From Octopus bimaculoides (lineage: Eukaryota): a DNA stretch of 62,020 nucleotides. The notes beneath the pieces are model-generated. The model ran no database searches. It was given only the letters and a program-made list of their open reading frames with translations, and was not told the origin of the DNA. Made by a program: the position numbers and the translations under genes. Shown here one piece after another: positions 61,676-62,020 of the stretch; within the stretch, counting starts at the first letter, position 1, and each line of letters opens with the position of its first letter. The stretch lies in contig NC_068981.1 of NCBI RefSeq assembly GCF_001194135.2, positions 152,471,879 through 152,533,898 on the forward strand, written 5' to 3'.

Positions 61676-61838
61676 GTTGTAGTATATTGTCAACTTAATG
61701 TGACAATCCCAATAAGGGAATACACTACTGCCGTTTAGCCCTAGGAAGCTGGACCGCATCCTGTCGGCCTTGACACAATTACTGTGTCCTTAAGTTTGCG
61801 AGGGGGAGACAAGCTCCTCCACCCAGCCTAGCCAGCAT

Positions 61839-61879
61839 TCAGGGACATGTTTCTGAGTCTTTGCTCGTCATCAGCCTGA
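61839..61879 (-). ncRNA. Minimal type-I hammerhead ribozyme fold (HHR-B)
   Basis: Minus strand reads UCAGG CUGAUGA CGAG-CAAAGA-CUCA GAAA CAU GUC CCUGA: stem I UCAGG/CCUGA, canonical core, stem II GAG/CUC, palindromic ACAUGU stem III, GUC triplet. Confidence 0.75.
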
Positions 61880-61968
61880 TGGGAGAATGTACGAAGAAAC
61901 AACAGACGAGGACAGGTGGTGTAAACAACAAAAGGATGTATTAGTATGACGCTCGGGAATACGGAAAG

Positions 61969-62005
61969 TCTTTGACGTTTCGAGCTATGCTCTTCAACAG
62001 AAAGA
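61969..62005 (-). ncRNA. Minimal hammerhead-like fold with variant core CUGUUGA (HHR-A)
   Basis: Minus strand reads UCUUU CUGUUGA A GAGC-AUA-GCUC GAAA C GUC AAAGA: stem I 5 bp, stem II 4 bp, palindromic ACGU stem III, GUC triplet. Confidence 0.6.
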
Positions 62006-62020
62006 ATACGGAGACAAGGA

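Larger units (their letters stand above)
61088..61880. repeat. Exact 270-nt direct duplication flanking a gap
   Basis: 61088-61357 equals 61611-61880, including microsatellite lengths. Confidence 0.9.

Overview
AT-rich, repeat-dense animal genomic DNA with 11 assembly gaps. The SINE families and (GATA)/(CATA)/(AT) microsatellites look like a coleoid cephalopod, most likely Octopus; this is inference from repeat content only. One protein-coding gene is supportable: a complete 24-exon, plus-strand SYF1/XAB2 (HAT-repeat spliceosome and transcription-coupled repair factor) at 26128-58735. All introns are GT-AG, all phases are consistent, and the CDS is 2544 nt (847 aa plus stop). The rest is transposon-derived: tRNA-SINEs, RTE/L1/R4/HERO LINE remnants, Penelope-like remnants, mariner and DD37D-like transposase relics, and MITEs with intact TIRs and TSDs. 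The most striking unannotated signal is a set of minimal type-I hammerhead ribozyme folds. Two different ones lie on the minus strand with predicted cleavage sites 130 nt apart (62005-61969 and 61879-61839). Each has a palindromic stem III of the dimer-cleaving kind. One carries a non-canonical CUGUUGA-type core that recurs in a second copy at 17245-17280. Also notable: a 68-bp near-perfect hairpin in SYF1 intron 1, inverted mariner ends flanking an in-frame 708-nt exon block, Merlin-like MITEs carrying TTAGGG repeats, and a GC-rich structured insert between 25-bp direct repeats. All structures were folded by eye, none was computed or tested, and repeat boundaries without a TSD are approximate.
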